DNA of 64,000 nucleotides, taken from positions 183,229 to 247,228 of the forward strand of contig JBBDRD010000035.1 of assembly GCA_040905665.1 (NCBI GenBank), read 5' to 3'. Positions 40,361 to 50,936 of the stretch are shown in pieces (within the stretch, counting starts at the first letter, position 1; every line of letters begins with the position of its first letter). A program made the position numbers and the translations under genes. The notes beneath the pieces are model-generated. The model made no database searches. It was not told where the DNA came from and saw only the letters and a program-made list of their open reading frames with translations. The stretch is from Trueperaceae bacterium. Lineage in GTDB: Bacteria > Deinococcota > Deinococci > Deinococcales > Trueperaceae.

Positions 40361-41473
40361 ATGAGAAAAGCTCTGCTTACTACCCTGGCCCTGCTCATGG
40401 GCGGTGCTCTCGCTCAGGACTTCGTCATGGGACTCGTTTTCGATGCCGGCGGGAAGTTCGACGGCTCGTTCAACGAAGGCACCTGGCGCGGCATGGATCA
40501 GGCTATCGAGGAACTCGCGGGCGAGTACGAGATCGAGTTGCTCGAGTTCGAAGGTACGCCCGATACCGCCGGCGAGGGCCAGCGTCGCATCGCCAGTCAA
40601 GGCGCCGAGCTCATAGTTGCTCCCGGATTCGCTCAGGCCGACGCCTTGGCCAACACGGCCCGCGAGTTCCCCGACACCAGCTTCGTGCTCATCGATGCCG
40701 TAGCCGAGGAAGAGAACGTACGCAGCGTGCTCTTCAAGGAGCAGGAAGGCTCCTATCTGGTCGGCTATATCGCAGGAACCCTCAGCCAGACCGGCACGCT
40801 CGGCTTTATCGGCGGTCAGGACATTCCCCTCATTCGTGCCTTCGATCTGGGCTATCAGGAAGGCGTAATGGCAGCCTGTGAAGAGTGCAGGATCATCAGC
40901 AACTACGTAGGCACGACCTCCGACGCCTGGAACGACCCCACGAGGGCGAAGGAGTTGGCTACGAACCAACAGGCGCAGGGCGCCGACATAATCTTCCATG
41001 CCGCCGGCGGATCGGGCTTCGGCCTCATCGACTTCGTGAATGAGACGATGTGCTACCGCCCGCGCGGTGACCTGCGTAGCACGCCTCTCGCGGAGCAACT
41101 TGCCGATATCCAGCGTAGCGAAGCGTACGAAAGCCGTTGCGGACCCGACACCCAGCCACTCTTCTTCATTGGCGTCGACTCCAATCAGAATCCGGCCGGC
41201 GACACCGATAGCGATCCAGAAACACTCAATCACGGGCTCACCAGCATGCTCAAGCGCGTCGATGTTGCGGCCTACAACGCGGTGATGGACGTCGTGAACG
41301 GCGAGTTCACCGGCGGTATCCAGAACCTCGGTCTTGCCGAAGAGGGCGTGGGCTACGCGACCGATATATATAACGAGGCGCTGCTGCCCGATTCGCTCGT
41401 CGAGGAGTTGGATGGCATCACCCAGCAGATAATCGACGGCGATATCGAGGTGACCGACTACCGCCAGCAATAG
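40361..41473 (+). CDS. BMP-family (basic membrane protein/PnrA-like) ABC-transporter substrate-binding lipoprotein.
   Basis: Signal peptide MRKALLTTLALLMGGALA; Bmp-family similarity throughout. Confidence 0.8.
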   Translation: MRKALLTTLALLMGGALAQDFVMGLVFDAGGKFDGSFNEGTWRGMDQAIEELAGEYEIELLEFEGTPDTAGEGQRRIASQGAELIVAPGFAQADALANTAREFPDTSFVLIDAVAEEENVRSVLFKEQEGSYLVGYIAGTLSQTGTLGFIGGQDIPLIRAFDLGYQEGVMAACEECRIISNYVGTTSDAWNDPTRAKELATNQQAQGADIIFHAAGGSGFGLIDFVNETMCYRPRGDLRSTPLAEQLADIQRSEAYESRCGPDTQPLFFIGVDSNQNPAGDTDSDPETLNHGLTSMLKRVDVAAYNAVMDVVNGEFTGGIQNLGLAEEGVGYATDIYNEALLPDSLVEELDGITQQIIDGDIEVTDYRQQ

Positions 41474-41499
41474 TTGATACCATGCTAAAATCTTCTACT

Positions 41500-41925
<426 letters not shown>

Positions 41926-41928
41926 AAA

Positions 41929-41966
41929 GGGCGGACGCGTTATGTGTCCGCCCTTGTTCTTTGCTC
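41929..41966 (+). terminator. Rho-independent terminator after rnpB: GGGCGGAC-loop-GTCCGCCC followed by a T-rich tract.
   Basis: 8-bp perfect stem seen directly, then TTGTTCTTTGCTC. Confidence 0.5.
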
Positions 41967-42054
41967 TCCTTTGCTCTCCGGCAACTGCAAGGAGAGAGCG
42001 GTGTGGAGCAGAAGTGGGGGATTATCCCGGATTTCGGCGAAATAGTCACTTGTG

Positions 42055-42088
42055 TGGGGAATAGTGGGAGTATGTGGTAAAAGTGTGT
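42055..42088 (+). promoter_or_regulatory. Array of TGGGN direct repeats at 10-bp spacing (TGGGG, TGGGA, TGGTA, TGTGT); candidate MraZ operator upstream of mraZ.
   Basis: Repeat periodicity seen directly; MraZ boxes are known as spaced TGGGN repeats. Confidence 0.4.
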
Positions 42089-42194
42089 TACACTTCATTT
42101 GACGCCAAAGGCCGTCTGCGAGTGAAAGAAACGCCCCAAGTCGCGCGTTTCCAAGCGGAGCGGCCAGTAGCGAAAGGTGGGAGCGCAAAAGACG

Positions 42195-42623
42195 ATGCCG
42201 TTCGGGGAGTTCCAGTATTCGGTGGACGACAAGGGCCGGGTAATTGTGCCCCCTGCCTTTCGCGAGTTCGTCGTGGACGGGATGGTTATTACCCGCGGAA
42301 TGGAAGGCTGCCTCTACGTGTTCCCACTCACCTCTTGGCAACGGATCGAATCACGCCTCACCGAGTTGCCGCTCACCGATCCCGAGGCTCGTAACTTCGT
42401 GCGCTTCTTCTACTCCGGAGCTTCGAAGGCGAAGACAGACTCGGCCGGCCGCGTGACCCTGCCATCGACCCTGCGGCTCTTCGCCCAAGTCGACGGCAAT
42501 GTAGTCGTGGCCGGCGCGCCCAACCGACTGGAAATTTGGAACGAAACGCGTTGGCTCGAGAACCTCACCCAGGTGCAGACCCAACCACCAGCGCCGGAGC
42601 TGTTGCGGGAGCTCGTGGGATGA
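42195..42623 (+). CDS. mraZ: Transcriptional regulator MraZ.
   Basis: MPFGEFQYSVDDKGRVIVP with duplicated SpoVT/AbrB-like halves. Confidence 0.85.
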   Translation: MPFGEFQYSVDDKGRVIVPPAFREFVVDGMVITRGMEGCLYVFPLTSWQRIESRLTELPLTDPEARNFVRFFYSGASKAKTDSAGRVTLPSTLRLFAQVDGNVVVAGAPNRLEIWNETRWLENLTQVQTQPPAPELLRELVG

Positions 42624-43537
42624 CCAGCGGAGAGACGAGCGGCAGACTGCCGCACGAACCGGTGATGTCGGCCCAGATCATCGACTACTTGCGGCCCGAA
42701 CCCGGCCGTACTCTCGTGGACGCTACCTTCGGAGCGGGCGGCCACAGCCGCATCCTTCTCGAGGCAGGCGCCGATGTAATCGCCATCGACCAGGACCGCG
42801 AAGCTGTCGCTCACGCTGCCGCACTCGAGTCGTCGCAGCTTCGTTTCGTAGCCGGCAATTTTCGTGACATCGACAAGCACCTTGCCGAACTGGGAGTCGA
42901 TGCGGTCGAAGGAATCCTCTGCGACCTGGGCGTCTCCTCCATGCAGCTCGATCAGGGCGAACGAGGCTTCGCCTTTCGGCAAGAGGGTCCGCTCGATATG
43001 CGCATGGGCTCCCAGGAGGAGAGCGCGGCCGACGTCGTAAATGAGTACCCACAGGAGGAGCTGGCGGCGATCATCTTCCGCTATGGCGACGAGCGCCACT
43101 CGCGCCGCATCGCCCGCGCGATCGTCGCCGCTCGCGACGAGGAGGCCATCCTCACCACCGAACGACTCACGAAGGTAGTCACCTCGGCCTACCCACCCGG
43201 TTACCGCCGCGAGCACCCCGCCCGGCGCACCTTCCAGGCGCTACGCATCTTCGTGAACGACGAATTGGGAGCACTTGCGCAAGTCCTCGAAATCGCACCG
43301 GATGTGCTCGTGAACGGCGGCCGGCTGGCCGTACTCTCCTATCACTCACTCGAAGACCGGATCGTCAAGCACTCGTTCCGGGACGACCCTCGACTCGAAC
43401 CCCTCACCAAACGACCGCTTACTGCCACCGAAGAGGAGTTGGAACGCAACCCCCGCTCTCGCAGCGCGAAGTTGCGAGTAGCCCAAAAGAGCGCGCAGAA
43501 GATAGCACAGAAGAAAACAGAGTGGGGGGCGGCATGA
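42620..43537 (+). CDS. rsmH: 16S rRNA (cytosine1402-N4)-methyltransferase RsmH (MraW).
   Basis: HEPVM...LVDATFGAGGHS signature; ATGA overlap with mraZ. Confidence 0.9.
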   Translation: MTSGETSGRLPHEPVMSAQIIDYLRPEPGRTLVDATFGAGGHSRILLEAGADVIAIDQDREAVAHAAALESSQLRFVAGNFRDIDKHLAELGVDAVEGILCDLGVSSMQLDQGERGFAFRQEGPLDMRMGSQEESAADVVNEYPQEELAAIIFRYGDERHSRRIARAIVAARDEEAILTTERLTKVVTSAYPPGYRREHPARRTFQALRIFVNDELGALAQVLEIAPDVLVNGGRLAVLSYHSLEDRIVKHSFRDDPRLEPLTKRPLTATEEELERNPRSRSAKLRVAQKSAQKIAQKKTEWGAA

Positions 43538-43848
43538 GACTCACTCGGCTTGTGCCCCTTTACGCCGTTCTGCTCTTGGCCCTCGCCGCTGTTGGCGTCG
43601 TCAATCAGGCCCGCTTCGGTCACGAGGCTCGGCTAATAGAGCGTAAGGTGCAACTCTTCGAAGAAATCACCGAACTGCGTGCCGGCGCCGCTGTAGTCCG
43701 GGGGCCGCTGGCAGTCGGGGCTTGGGCGCGAACTCGAGGAATGGTTTCGACCCCCGAGGTCGAGCAGACCAGGCACGTCGCTCCGCTGGCACCACCCCAA
43801 ATCGCAGCCCCGCCGACCGGGCTCGAAATGAGGACGGTATGGCGCTAA
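43534..43848 (+). CDS. ftsL: FtsL-like cell-division protein.
   Basis: Small single-TM protein with a coiled-coil between rsmH and ftsI; call rests on position. Confidence 0.5.
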   Translation: MRLTRLVPLYAVLLLALAAVGVVNQARFGHEARLIERKVQLFEEITELRAGAAVVRGPLAVGAWARTRGMVSTPEVEQTRHVAPLAPPQIAAPPTGLEMRTVWR

Positions 43849-45218
43849 AGGCTCCCCAAAACGAGCTGTTCCTCACCAGACGTCACCTGATGTTATTCGT
43901 GATAGTCATGCCGCTCCTGTTGGCGCTGGCCGGCTTCGCGCTGCAAGGCAGCCAGGCGCCGACCTGGCCCGGCCAACTGGTCGATCCTGTTCCTCGCGGC
44001 AGCATTCTCGCTGCCGACGGCACCGTACTCGCCGAGGGGCAACCGGAAAACCGGCACTACCCCGAGGGCAACCTGGCTGCCCATATCGTGGGATTTAGCG
44101 GAAGGGTACAACCGGATGGCCGTTTTGGACTAGAGGGGATCGAGTACACCTACGACGGGCGACTTCAGTCGGGGCACGACGTGAGGCTCACCGTGGACCC
44201 GTCACTACAGGCGGCGGCGCAGACCGAGCTGCGAGCAACGGTGGAAGCCGTAGAAGCCGAGAGCGGCGCGGTAGTTATGCTCGAAGCGTCCAGTGGCCGA
44301 ATCCTCGCTGCAGCCTCCTATCCCGAGTACAACCCTAACGAGCAATCCACGTTCTCACGCGACGCGCTCATCAACCGGGCCTTCCTGCACCAGTACGAAC
44401 CCGGTTCGGTAATGAAGCCGTTCGTCATCGCCGCACTAATGGAGAGTGGACGTCTCTCACCGCGAGAAATCATCCAGGCCGAAGCGTGCCTGCGAGTTGG
44501 CGACAACACCTTCTGCGATGTCGCTCGACACGAGGACGAGCTAGTCGTAAAGGACGTCCTCCGCTACTCCAGCAACACGGCGATGCTCCACCTGTCGGAT
44601 CGCTTTAGCGCTCAGGAACTCCACGGGTGGCTCGGGCGCTTCGGCTTCGGACGTCAACTCGAGTTCGACTCGGCCTTCACCCGCAGTGGGCACCTGAATT
44701 CTTGGCAGGGTTGGGTACCGCAGGACAAGGCTTCGGTGACTATCGGCCAGAGTATGTCGGTAACGGCGCTCCAGTTGGCTACCGCCTACAGCATCTTCGC
44801 TAACGACGGTCTCCTGGTTACCCCCTATCTGATCGAAGGCGAACGTGTCCCAGAGCCCTATCACGTGCTCTCTCCCGAGATCGCCTACACAATTCGGTCG
44901 ATGTTGCAGTACACGGTCGAGGAGAGCGGCATAAGGGCCTCGATGATTCCCGACGTGACCATGGCCGGTAAGACCGGCACCGCCGACATATTCGACAACG
45001 AAGTGGGCAGCTATGTGAAGGGCGACTACACCCTCTCGTTCGCCGGCATGTTTCCGGCCGAGCGTCCCCAGGTAGTGATGGTCGTTTACGTCCAGAAGCC
45101 AAAGCTCGATACGAGCAGCACCTACGTAGCCGCCCCGCTCTTTCAGTCGATCGGTACGAGGGCAGTCGCGCGCTGGGGTGTGGCGCCAGAGGCGCTTCCG
45201 GTCGCGCAGCAACCCTGA
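43839..45218 (+). CDS. ftsI: Peptidoglycan D,D-transpeptidase (class B PBP, FtsI).
   Basis: SVMKPF (SxxK), SSN and KTGT motifs. Confidence 0.85.
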   Translation: MALKAPQNELFLTRRHLMLFVIVMPLLLALAGFALQGSQAPTWPGQLVDPVPRGSILAADGTVLAEGQPENRHYPEGNLAAHIVGFSGRVQPDGRFGLEGIEYTYDGRLQSGHDVRLTVDPSLQAAAQTELRATVEAVEAESGAVVMLEASSGRILAAASYPEYNPNEQSTFSRDALINRAFLHQYEPGSVMKPFVIAALMESGRLSPREIIQAEACLRVGDNTFCDVARHEDELVVKDVLRYSSNTAMLHLSDRFSAQELHGWLGRFGFGRQLEFDSAFTRSGHLNSWQGWVPQDKASVTIGQSMSVTALQLATAYSIFANDGLLVTPYLIEGERVPEPYHVLSPEIAYTIRSMLQYTVEESGIRASMIPDVTMAGKTGTADIFDNEVGSYVKGDYTLSFAGMFPAERPQVVMVVYVQKPKLDTSSTYVAAPLFQSIGTRAVARWGVAPEALPVAQQP

Positions 45219-45237
45219 GCAATAATATGAGTAAGAT

Positions 45238-46557
45238 GTGTATGTGACTCATGTGCAAAGCGACGGGAGCATGATGATCACCCCTCAGCTGATCGCCCAA
45301 CTAGCCGCAACGACAGCGCATCCGGAACTCCCCCATGCGACCGGGGCGACCTTCCACAGCGCCCGCGTTAGGCACGGCGATATCTTCTTCGCGCTGCCGG
45401 GCGCTGCCGAGCACGGTATCGAGCATGCCCAGTCTGCAATCGAGCGTGGAGCTGCGTTCGTCGTTTCCGATCGCGACCACCCCCGCGGTATGACGGTAGC
45501 CGACCCCGAGGCCGTCCTGCTAGCCCTTGGTCGTCACGCCCGCTCCCAGCTAAAGGCTCCCGTAGTAGCGATTAGCGGCTCGGTGGGCAAGACTTCTACC
45601 AAGGCCTTCACCGCCGCCGCTCTCGACGCCTTCGCCAGCGAAGGCAACCTAAACACGCCGCGTGCGCTGGCCTGCACCCTGGTAACCGCCTGGCTCGCCG
45701 ACCCTCGCCGTCCCCTGGTTCTCGAACTGGGTATCGACCGTCCAGGCGAGATGGACGAACTCCTCGACCTGGTGGAGCCAACGCATGGACTGCTCACCGC
45801 CATCGCCGAGAGCCACCTGGAGCAACTCAAAGACATTGAAGGCGTAGCGCGCGAAAAGGCCCTCTTGCTCGAACGCTCCACCGAACGGTTTGCCTCTTCC
45901 TGCGCCGCCGAGCAGCTGCCCGTGGCGTTGCCAGGACTGATTCGCTACGGCCTTGGCGCGCACGCAGAGGTGCGGGGAAAGACCAGCAGCAGCGACGGGG
46001 TTCAACTTCTCGAGGCTCTAGGCGTAAAGGTAGAGCTCCGCTACCCGGGTAGGGCCATGGCCCGGAATGCTCTTGGCGCGCTGACGCTCGCCTGGCGGCT
46101 GGGGCTAGACCTCTCGGCCGCTGCCGCTCGCATCGGCCAGGCGCAACTGGAGCCGGGCAGGCTCGAGCGCAAGCACCGGGGAGACATCATCATTCTCGAC
46201 GACAGCTACAACTCCAATCCGGCTTCGGCCAGGGAGGCGCTGGAGGTGCTCTCAAAGTGCCCACGCCCTCGCTGCGCCATTTTGGGAGACATGCTGGAGT
46301 TGGGTGCGCACGCCGGCCGGCTGCACCGCGAACTCGGGGCGGCCACTCTCGGCTTTGATCTGATAGTGGCAGTGGGACCGCTTGCCCGCCATATACGCGA
46401 GGGCAATCCCGACGCACTCCACCGGGAGAGCGTGGAGCAAGCCCTGCCGTTGCTGGGGCGTCTTCCCCAGGACGCGACCGTACTGGTGAAGGGATCCCGG
46501 GGAATGCGGCTCGAGCGCATGGTGGCGGCCCTCATGGAGGGTGAGGCGCAAGAATGA
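45238..46557 (+). CDS. murF: UDP-N-acetylmuramoyl-tripeptide--D-alanyl-D-alanine ligase MurF.
   Basis: ISGSVGKTSTKAF P-loop; C-terminal DDSYNSNPASAREALEVL...AILGDMLELG is MurF-type, not MurE-type. Confidence 0.85.
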   Translation: MYVTHVQSDGSMMITPQLIAQLAATTAHPELPHATGATFHSARVRHGDIFFALPGAAEHGIEHAQSAIERGAAFVVSDRDHPRGMTVADPEAVLLALGRHARSQLKAPVVAISGSVGKTSTKAFTAAALDAFASEGNLNTPRALACTLVTAWLADPRRPLVLELGIDRPGEMDELLDLVEPTHGLLTAIAESHLEQLKDIEGVAREKALLLERSTERFASSCAAEQLPVALPGLIRYGLGAHAEVRGKTSSSDGVQLLEALGVKVELRYPGRAMARNALGALTLAWRLGLDLSAAAARIGQAQLEPGRLERKHRGDIIILDDSYNSNPASAREALEVLSKCPRPRCAILGDMLELGAHAGRLHRELGAATLGFDLIVAVGPLARHIREGNPDALHRESVEQALPLLGRLPQDATVLVKGSRGMRLERMVAALMEGEAQE

Positions 46558-47465
46558 TCCTCGCCGCCACCGCCATCGTTTCACTCCTGCTCACCGGCAC
46601 CTACGTTCAACTCGCCGGTCGCCGCGGTTGGGGAAAGTCCGTTAGGCGCGACGGCCCCAGCGGCCACCTGTCGAAGGAGGGGACGCCCACCATGGGTGGC
46701 CTCGCATTCCTGGCGGCGCTGATGCTCACTTGGCTGACCGTCGGCGAGCGTGGCCCCGACTGGGCCGCACTCACGGTTTTGATATTAGGCAGCGCAGCGT
46801 TAGGACTCTGGGACGACATCTCGGCGCTTGCGCGTAAGCGCCTCTTGGCACAGGGCGAGGGCGCCGGCACCGGGGCGTTGGCACGCTGGCGGATCCTGCT
46901 ACAGAGCTCTCTCGCGCTGGGCTTCGCAATCTACATCGTGGATAGTGGGCGCTTCCTCGTCGGAGTTCCGATTCTGGATGTACTGGGCTTCGCCTTCGTA
47001 ATCGTGGGCGCCGTCAACGCATTCAATTTCGCCGACGGCCTGGACGGCCTGGCGGCAGGCATGACCTGCATAATCCTGCTCCTTTTCGTCGGTAACCCGC
47101 TGGCACTGGCGCTGATGGGGGCGCTGCTGGGTTTCTTGTGGTACAACGCCAAGCCGGCGCGAGTGTTCATGGGCGGGGTCGGATCCGAAGCACTCGGTGC
47201 GGCGGTAGCGGGACTGGCGATCGTTTCCGACGTCACCTGGTACCTGCCGCTCATAGCCGTCGTGCCGGTTCTCGAGGTGTTGTCGGTGATAGTCCAGGTC
47301 TCCTACTTTCGCTTGAGTGGCGGTAAGCGCATTTTCCGCATGAGTCCGCTGCACCACCACTTCGAGCTGACGGGCTGGAGTGAAGTTCAGGTAGTCATGC
47401 GGTTCTGGCTCGTAACTGCCGCCTGCGTAGCGCTGGCATACGCACTGATCAGAGGCGGTGCATGA
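46554..47465 (+). CDS. mraY: Phospho-N-acetylmuramoyl-pentapeptide transferase MraY.
   Basis: Polytopic membrane protein with the DDxxD-like motif NAFNFADGLDGLAAG. Confidence 0.9.
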   Translation: MILAATAIVSLLLTGTYVQLAGRRGWGKSVRRDGPSGHLSKEGTPTMGGLAFLAALMLTWLTVGERGPDWAALTVLILGSAALGLWDDISALARKRLLAQGEGAGTGALARWRILLQSSLALGFAIYIVDSGRFLVGVPILDVLGFAFVIVGAVNAFNFADGLDGLAAGMTCIILLLFVGNPLALALMGALLGFLWYNAKPARVFMGGVGSEALGAAVAGLAIVSDVTWYLPLIAVVPVLEVLSVIVQVSYFRLSGGKRIFRMSPLHHHFELTGWSEVQVVMRFWLVTAACVALAYALIRGGA

Positions 47466-48814
47466 GGGTCCTCATCTACGGCTTGGGTCGCAGTGGCTTG
47501 GCGGTGGCCCGGCTCTGCCACTCCCAGGGGCATCGGCTCACCTTTTACGAGCAGCGCGAGGAGGGTGACGACGTCCGGGCCCTGCTTGCCATGGGGGCGA
47601 AACGGCTCGACGGAGATCAGATTATCGCCGACCTTCCCGTACCCAACATCTGTATCGCCGCTCCCGGCGTCCCCATCGATCACCCGCACCTGCGAGCTCT
47701 AAGGTCGCGTGAAGTGGAGACGATTGGCGAGGTCGAGTGGGTCTACCGAACAGTTCCCGGCGAGATGATCGGCGTGACCGGGACAGCCGGCAAGGGAACC
47801 GTCACTCGCTGGATAGCCGACACGCTGAGCATGGCAGGAATCGACGCCCGCGCCGGTGGCAACATCGATCCGGCCCTCTCGGAAGTTGCCGAACCGGGGG
47901 CGACCCTGGTCGTCGAGCTCTCCTCATTCCAGCTGGAACGATGCCCTACCTTGAGACCTGGAACCGCGGTCCTCCTCAACCTCGGTTCCGATCACCTCGA
48001 CCGACATGGGAGCATCGACAACTACCACGCCGCCAAGCGCAATCTGCTCGCCGGCCTTGGCCCCCGGCAGCTCTTCATCCATAACGCCGACGACCCCGTT
48101 CTTGCCCGCTGGGCACGGGAATCAAACTCTCGTACCAGCGGCTTCTCGGTGGCGGGAGAGGCCGCTGCCTGGCTCTCTTCGGGCGGAGTGCTGCATCTGG
48201 GCGAAAGCCCCTTGTTACACGCCGATGAGCTGCAGGTTAGCGGTCGACACCATCTGGCGAACGCGCTGGCGGTGGCCCTCGCCTGCCGCGAGCAGGGACT
48301 CGACCTCGACGAGATACGCGCCGGGCTAGCCGGCTTCACTGGCCTACCGGGGCGCTACAGCGCGGCCGGGCGCGTAGGCGACGTGAGGTTCATCGAGGAT
48401 TCGATCGCCACGCGCACGCTCTCGGTCGCGGCGGCGCTCGCTGCCACTCCCGCTCCCATCGTGTGGATCGCCGGCGGGCAGTCCAAGGGCGCAGACGTGC
48501 ACGAACTGGAGGATCTGATCCGTGAGAGGGTCCGGCTTTTCATAGGAATCGGAGAGTCGGGTCCTGGGCTGCGTGAGACCGTAGGCCAGTGGGTGCCCAG
48601 CCATTTGTGTGTCGAGCGGGATGGGAGCGCCGCACTGCGTTGCGCAGTTAGGGCTGCTCTGCAGCACCTGAAGGCACACTCTCCGCTCGGTGGCACGGTC
48701 CTGCTGGCGCCGCTGGCCGCCTCATTCGATCAGTTCCGCGACTATCGGGAGCGGGCCGATGCATTCCGCGCAGTCGTGCGTGCCGAGGAGCAGGCATGGA
48801 CCCTCTCCTCCTAA
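47462..48814 (+). CDS. murD: UDP-N-acetylmuramoylalanine--D-glutamate ligase MurD.
   Basis: GVTGTAGKGTV P-loop; position in the dcw order. Confidence 0.9.
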   Translation: MRVLIYGLGRSGLAVARLCHSQGHRLTFYEQREEGDDVRALLAMGAKRLDGDQIIADLPVPNICIAAPGVPIDHPHLRALRSREVETIGEVEWVYRTVPGEMIGVTGTAGKGTVTRWIADTLSMAGIDARAGGNIDPALSEVAEPGATLVVELSSFQLERCPTLRPGTAVLLNLGSDHLDRHGSIDNYHAAKRNLLAGLGPRQLFIHNADDPVLARWARESNSRTSGFSVAGEAAAWLSSGGVLHLGESPLLHADELQVSGRHHLANALAVALACREQGLDLDEIRAGLAGFTGLPGRYSAAGRVGDVRFIEDSIATRTLSVAAALAATPAPIVWIAGGQSKGADVHELEDLIRERVRLFIGIGESGPGLRETVGQWVPSHLCVERDGSAALRCAVRAALQHLKAHSPLGGTVLLAPLAASFDQFRDYRERADAFRAVVRAEEQAWTLSS

Positions 48815-49848
48815 TCATTCAGTTGCTACTTGGCGCCCTGGGAATCCTGGGCGTGGCCACCGGTGAGCCCGGCCTTGCCGTCGATCACGGCCTGCGCTTC
48901 CTGGCCGCGTTCCTGCTGACCGTGCTGGTCTCGCGAATCAAGCCCACCTCGGTCGTCCGCTACAGCCCTGCCGCCTATGTGGGCGTGCTGGCGCTTCTGG
49001 GCCTGGTGCTGATAATCGGCTCCTCGCCGGAGGGAAGTGAAAGCAAACGTTGGCTGCTCATCGGCGGCATTAGCCTGCAGCCCTCGGAGTTGATGAAGGT
49101 AACGGTTATCGCATACCTCACGGCCTTCTTCCACAATCATCTGGGCGATTGGCAGATCTGGCGGCCGATGCTGGTGATCGGGCTTGCCGCGGGCCTGATC
49201 GTGGTCGAGCCCGACGTTTCTACCTCGGCGTTCCTCTTTGCTTTGGCCTTCGCCATCATGATCGCCGCCGGCACCTCGCTGGCCCGGCTGGTCGCGATTT
49301 CGACTGCCGCCGCCGTAATCGCACTGCTGGTGGCCGGTTCATACCTCAGCCAGTTCGAGTACATCGGCGAGCGCATTACCGGCTATCAGGACCTGTGGGG
49401 CGATCAGAACGAGATTTCGAGCACCTCGTACCAGGCCTACCAGGCGCGCGATACCCTGCTACGCGCCGGACTCTTCGGAATAGGTCCGGGCCGCCCCAAC
49501 AGAGTGCCGGAGTCGGAAACCGACATGGTGGCGATCTCGATTGGTCAAGCGCTCGGCCTTGTCGGCTTGGCAACCGTCATCGCTCTCTTCGTTCTGCTGG
49601 CCGGCCGCGGCATAAGGGTAGCCGCCTCGCAAAGCGGGCCGGGCAGCCTATTGGCCGCCGGGGCCACGACCTATATCTGTGGGCAGGCGGCGCTCAATCT
49701 GCTTGTGGCGTCGGGGCTCTTCCCCGTTACCGGCATTCCGCTCCCCTTCATGAGTTACGGGCTCAATAGCCTCGTTAGCGTATCGGTCGCAATGGGCTTC
49801 ATTCAAAGCGCCTACCGTCACGCCCGCGAAACGGGGGCACTTACGTGA
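48796..49848 (+). CDS. ftsW: SEDS-family peptidoglycan glycosyltransferase FtsW.
   Basis: Polytopic membrane protein with SEDS motifs; dcw position. Confidence 0.85.
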   Translation: MDPLLLIIQLLLGALGILGVATGEPGLAVDHGLRFLAAFLLTVLVSRIKPTSVVRYSPAAYVGVLALLGLVLIIGSSPEGSESKRWLLIGGISLQPSELMKVTVIAYLTAFFHNHLGDWQIWRPMLVIGLAAGLIVVEPDVSTSAFLFALAFAIMIAAGTSLARLVAISTAAAVIALLVAGSYLSQFEYIGERITGYQDLWGDQNEISSTSYQAYQARDTLLRAGLFGIGPGRPNRVPESETDMVAISIGQALGLVGLATVIALFVLLAGRGIRVAASQSGPGSLLAAGATTYICGQAALNLLVASGLFPVTGIPLPFMSYGLNSLVSVSVAMGFIQSAYRHARETGALT

Positions 49849-50936
49849 CGCGCATAGTTTTAGCTACCGGCGGGAGTGGCGGACATATCTATCCCGCACT
49901 GGCGGTGGCCGAAGTGGCCGTTTCCCACGGCTTCGATGTTCATCTGCTCGGTCAGAAAGGGGGAATGGAGGAGCGCCTGGCGGCCGAGTCCAAACTACCG
50001 TTCGTGGGCGTGGCCAGTGGCAAGCTCGACCGGCAGAGGCCGGATCCTCGGGAAATCGTGAGTTCGGCCGGCGGTGTCCGGGCGGCGGTGGCGGCCCTGC
50101 GGCACCTTCGTCCGGCGCTGGTGGTCGGATTCGGTGGGTTCGCCTCCTTTCCCGGAGCCGCGGCCGCGGTTCTGACCCGCACCCCGCTCCTGTTACACGA
50201 GCAGAACGCCTTCCCCGGATTGGTCACACGCTTGCTCGCTCCCTTTGCGCACTCGGTAGTGCTGTCGCAACCCGCAACATCTCGCAGGGTGCGAGCTCGG
50301 CGGGTAACGGTTGTTCCCTATCCGGTGCGAGAGGATCGCGTTGAAAGAAGTGAAGCACGTCGCGTCCTGGGGTTGCCTGAGGAAGGTACGCTCACGCTGG
50401 TGATGGGCGGATCGCAAGGCTCGGCGGCGCTAAACGCTGGTGTGGTAGCGGCGCTAAGGGAGCTTCGCGACCTGCGCCCGCTGGTGCTGCACAGCACCGG
50501 AGCGGCTCACTTCGAAAGCGTTCGCAGCACGGCAGCGGGCTTTTCAAACTACATACCCCGGCCCTATGTCGACGCCACGCTCGCTTGGTCGGCGGCCGAC
50601 ATGGCGATCACCCGCGCCGGCTTTGGCACCCTCTCCGAGGCTGCCTTCTTTGGCGTTCCGCTGATAATGGTGCCGCTGCCGACGGCGGCGGAAAACCATC
50701 AGCTACACAATGCAAACGCCTTCGCACAGGCCGGCGCAGGCGGGGTTCTCGAACAGCAGCACCTCGGCGAGCTCGCCGGCAGATGGCGCGAGATGCTCGA
50801 GGAACCACGGCGCCAGGCGGCAGCCGCAGCGGCGCGGGAACTTAGTCCCGCCGGCGCGGCCTCACAGTTCGTGGAGTTGATTTCGGGAATTACTGCAGCC
50901 ACCCCTCGCGAAGGCATCAAACAGGAGACGACATGA
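49845..50936 (+). CDS. murG: MurG glycosyltransferase.
   Basis: IVLATGGSGGHIYPALAVAE N-terminal signature. Confidence 0.9.
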   Translation: MTRIVLATGGSGGHIYPALAVAEVAVSHGFDVHLLGQKGGMEERLAAESKLPFVGVASGKLDRQRPDPREIVSSAGGVRAAVAALRHLRPALVVGFGGFASFPGAAAAVLTRTPLLLHEQNAFPGLVTRLLAPFAHSVVLSQPATSRRVRARRVTVVPYPVREDRVERSEARRVLGLPEEGTLTLVMGGSQGSAALNAGVVAALRELRDLRPLVLHSTGAAHFESVRSTAAGFSNYIPRPYVDATLAWSAADMAITRAGFGTLSEAAFFGVPLIMVPLPTAAENHQLHNANAFAQAGAGGVLEQQHLGELAGRWREMLEEPRRQAAAAAARELSPAGAASQFVELISGITAATPREGIKQETT

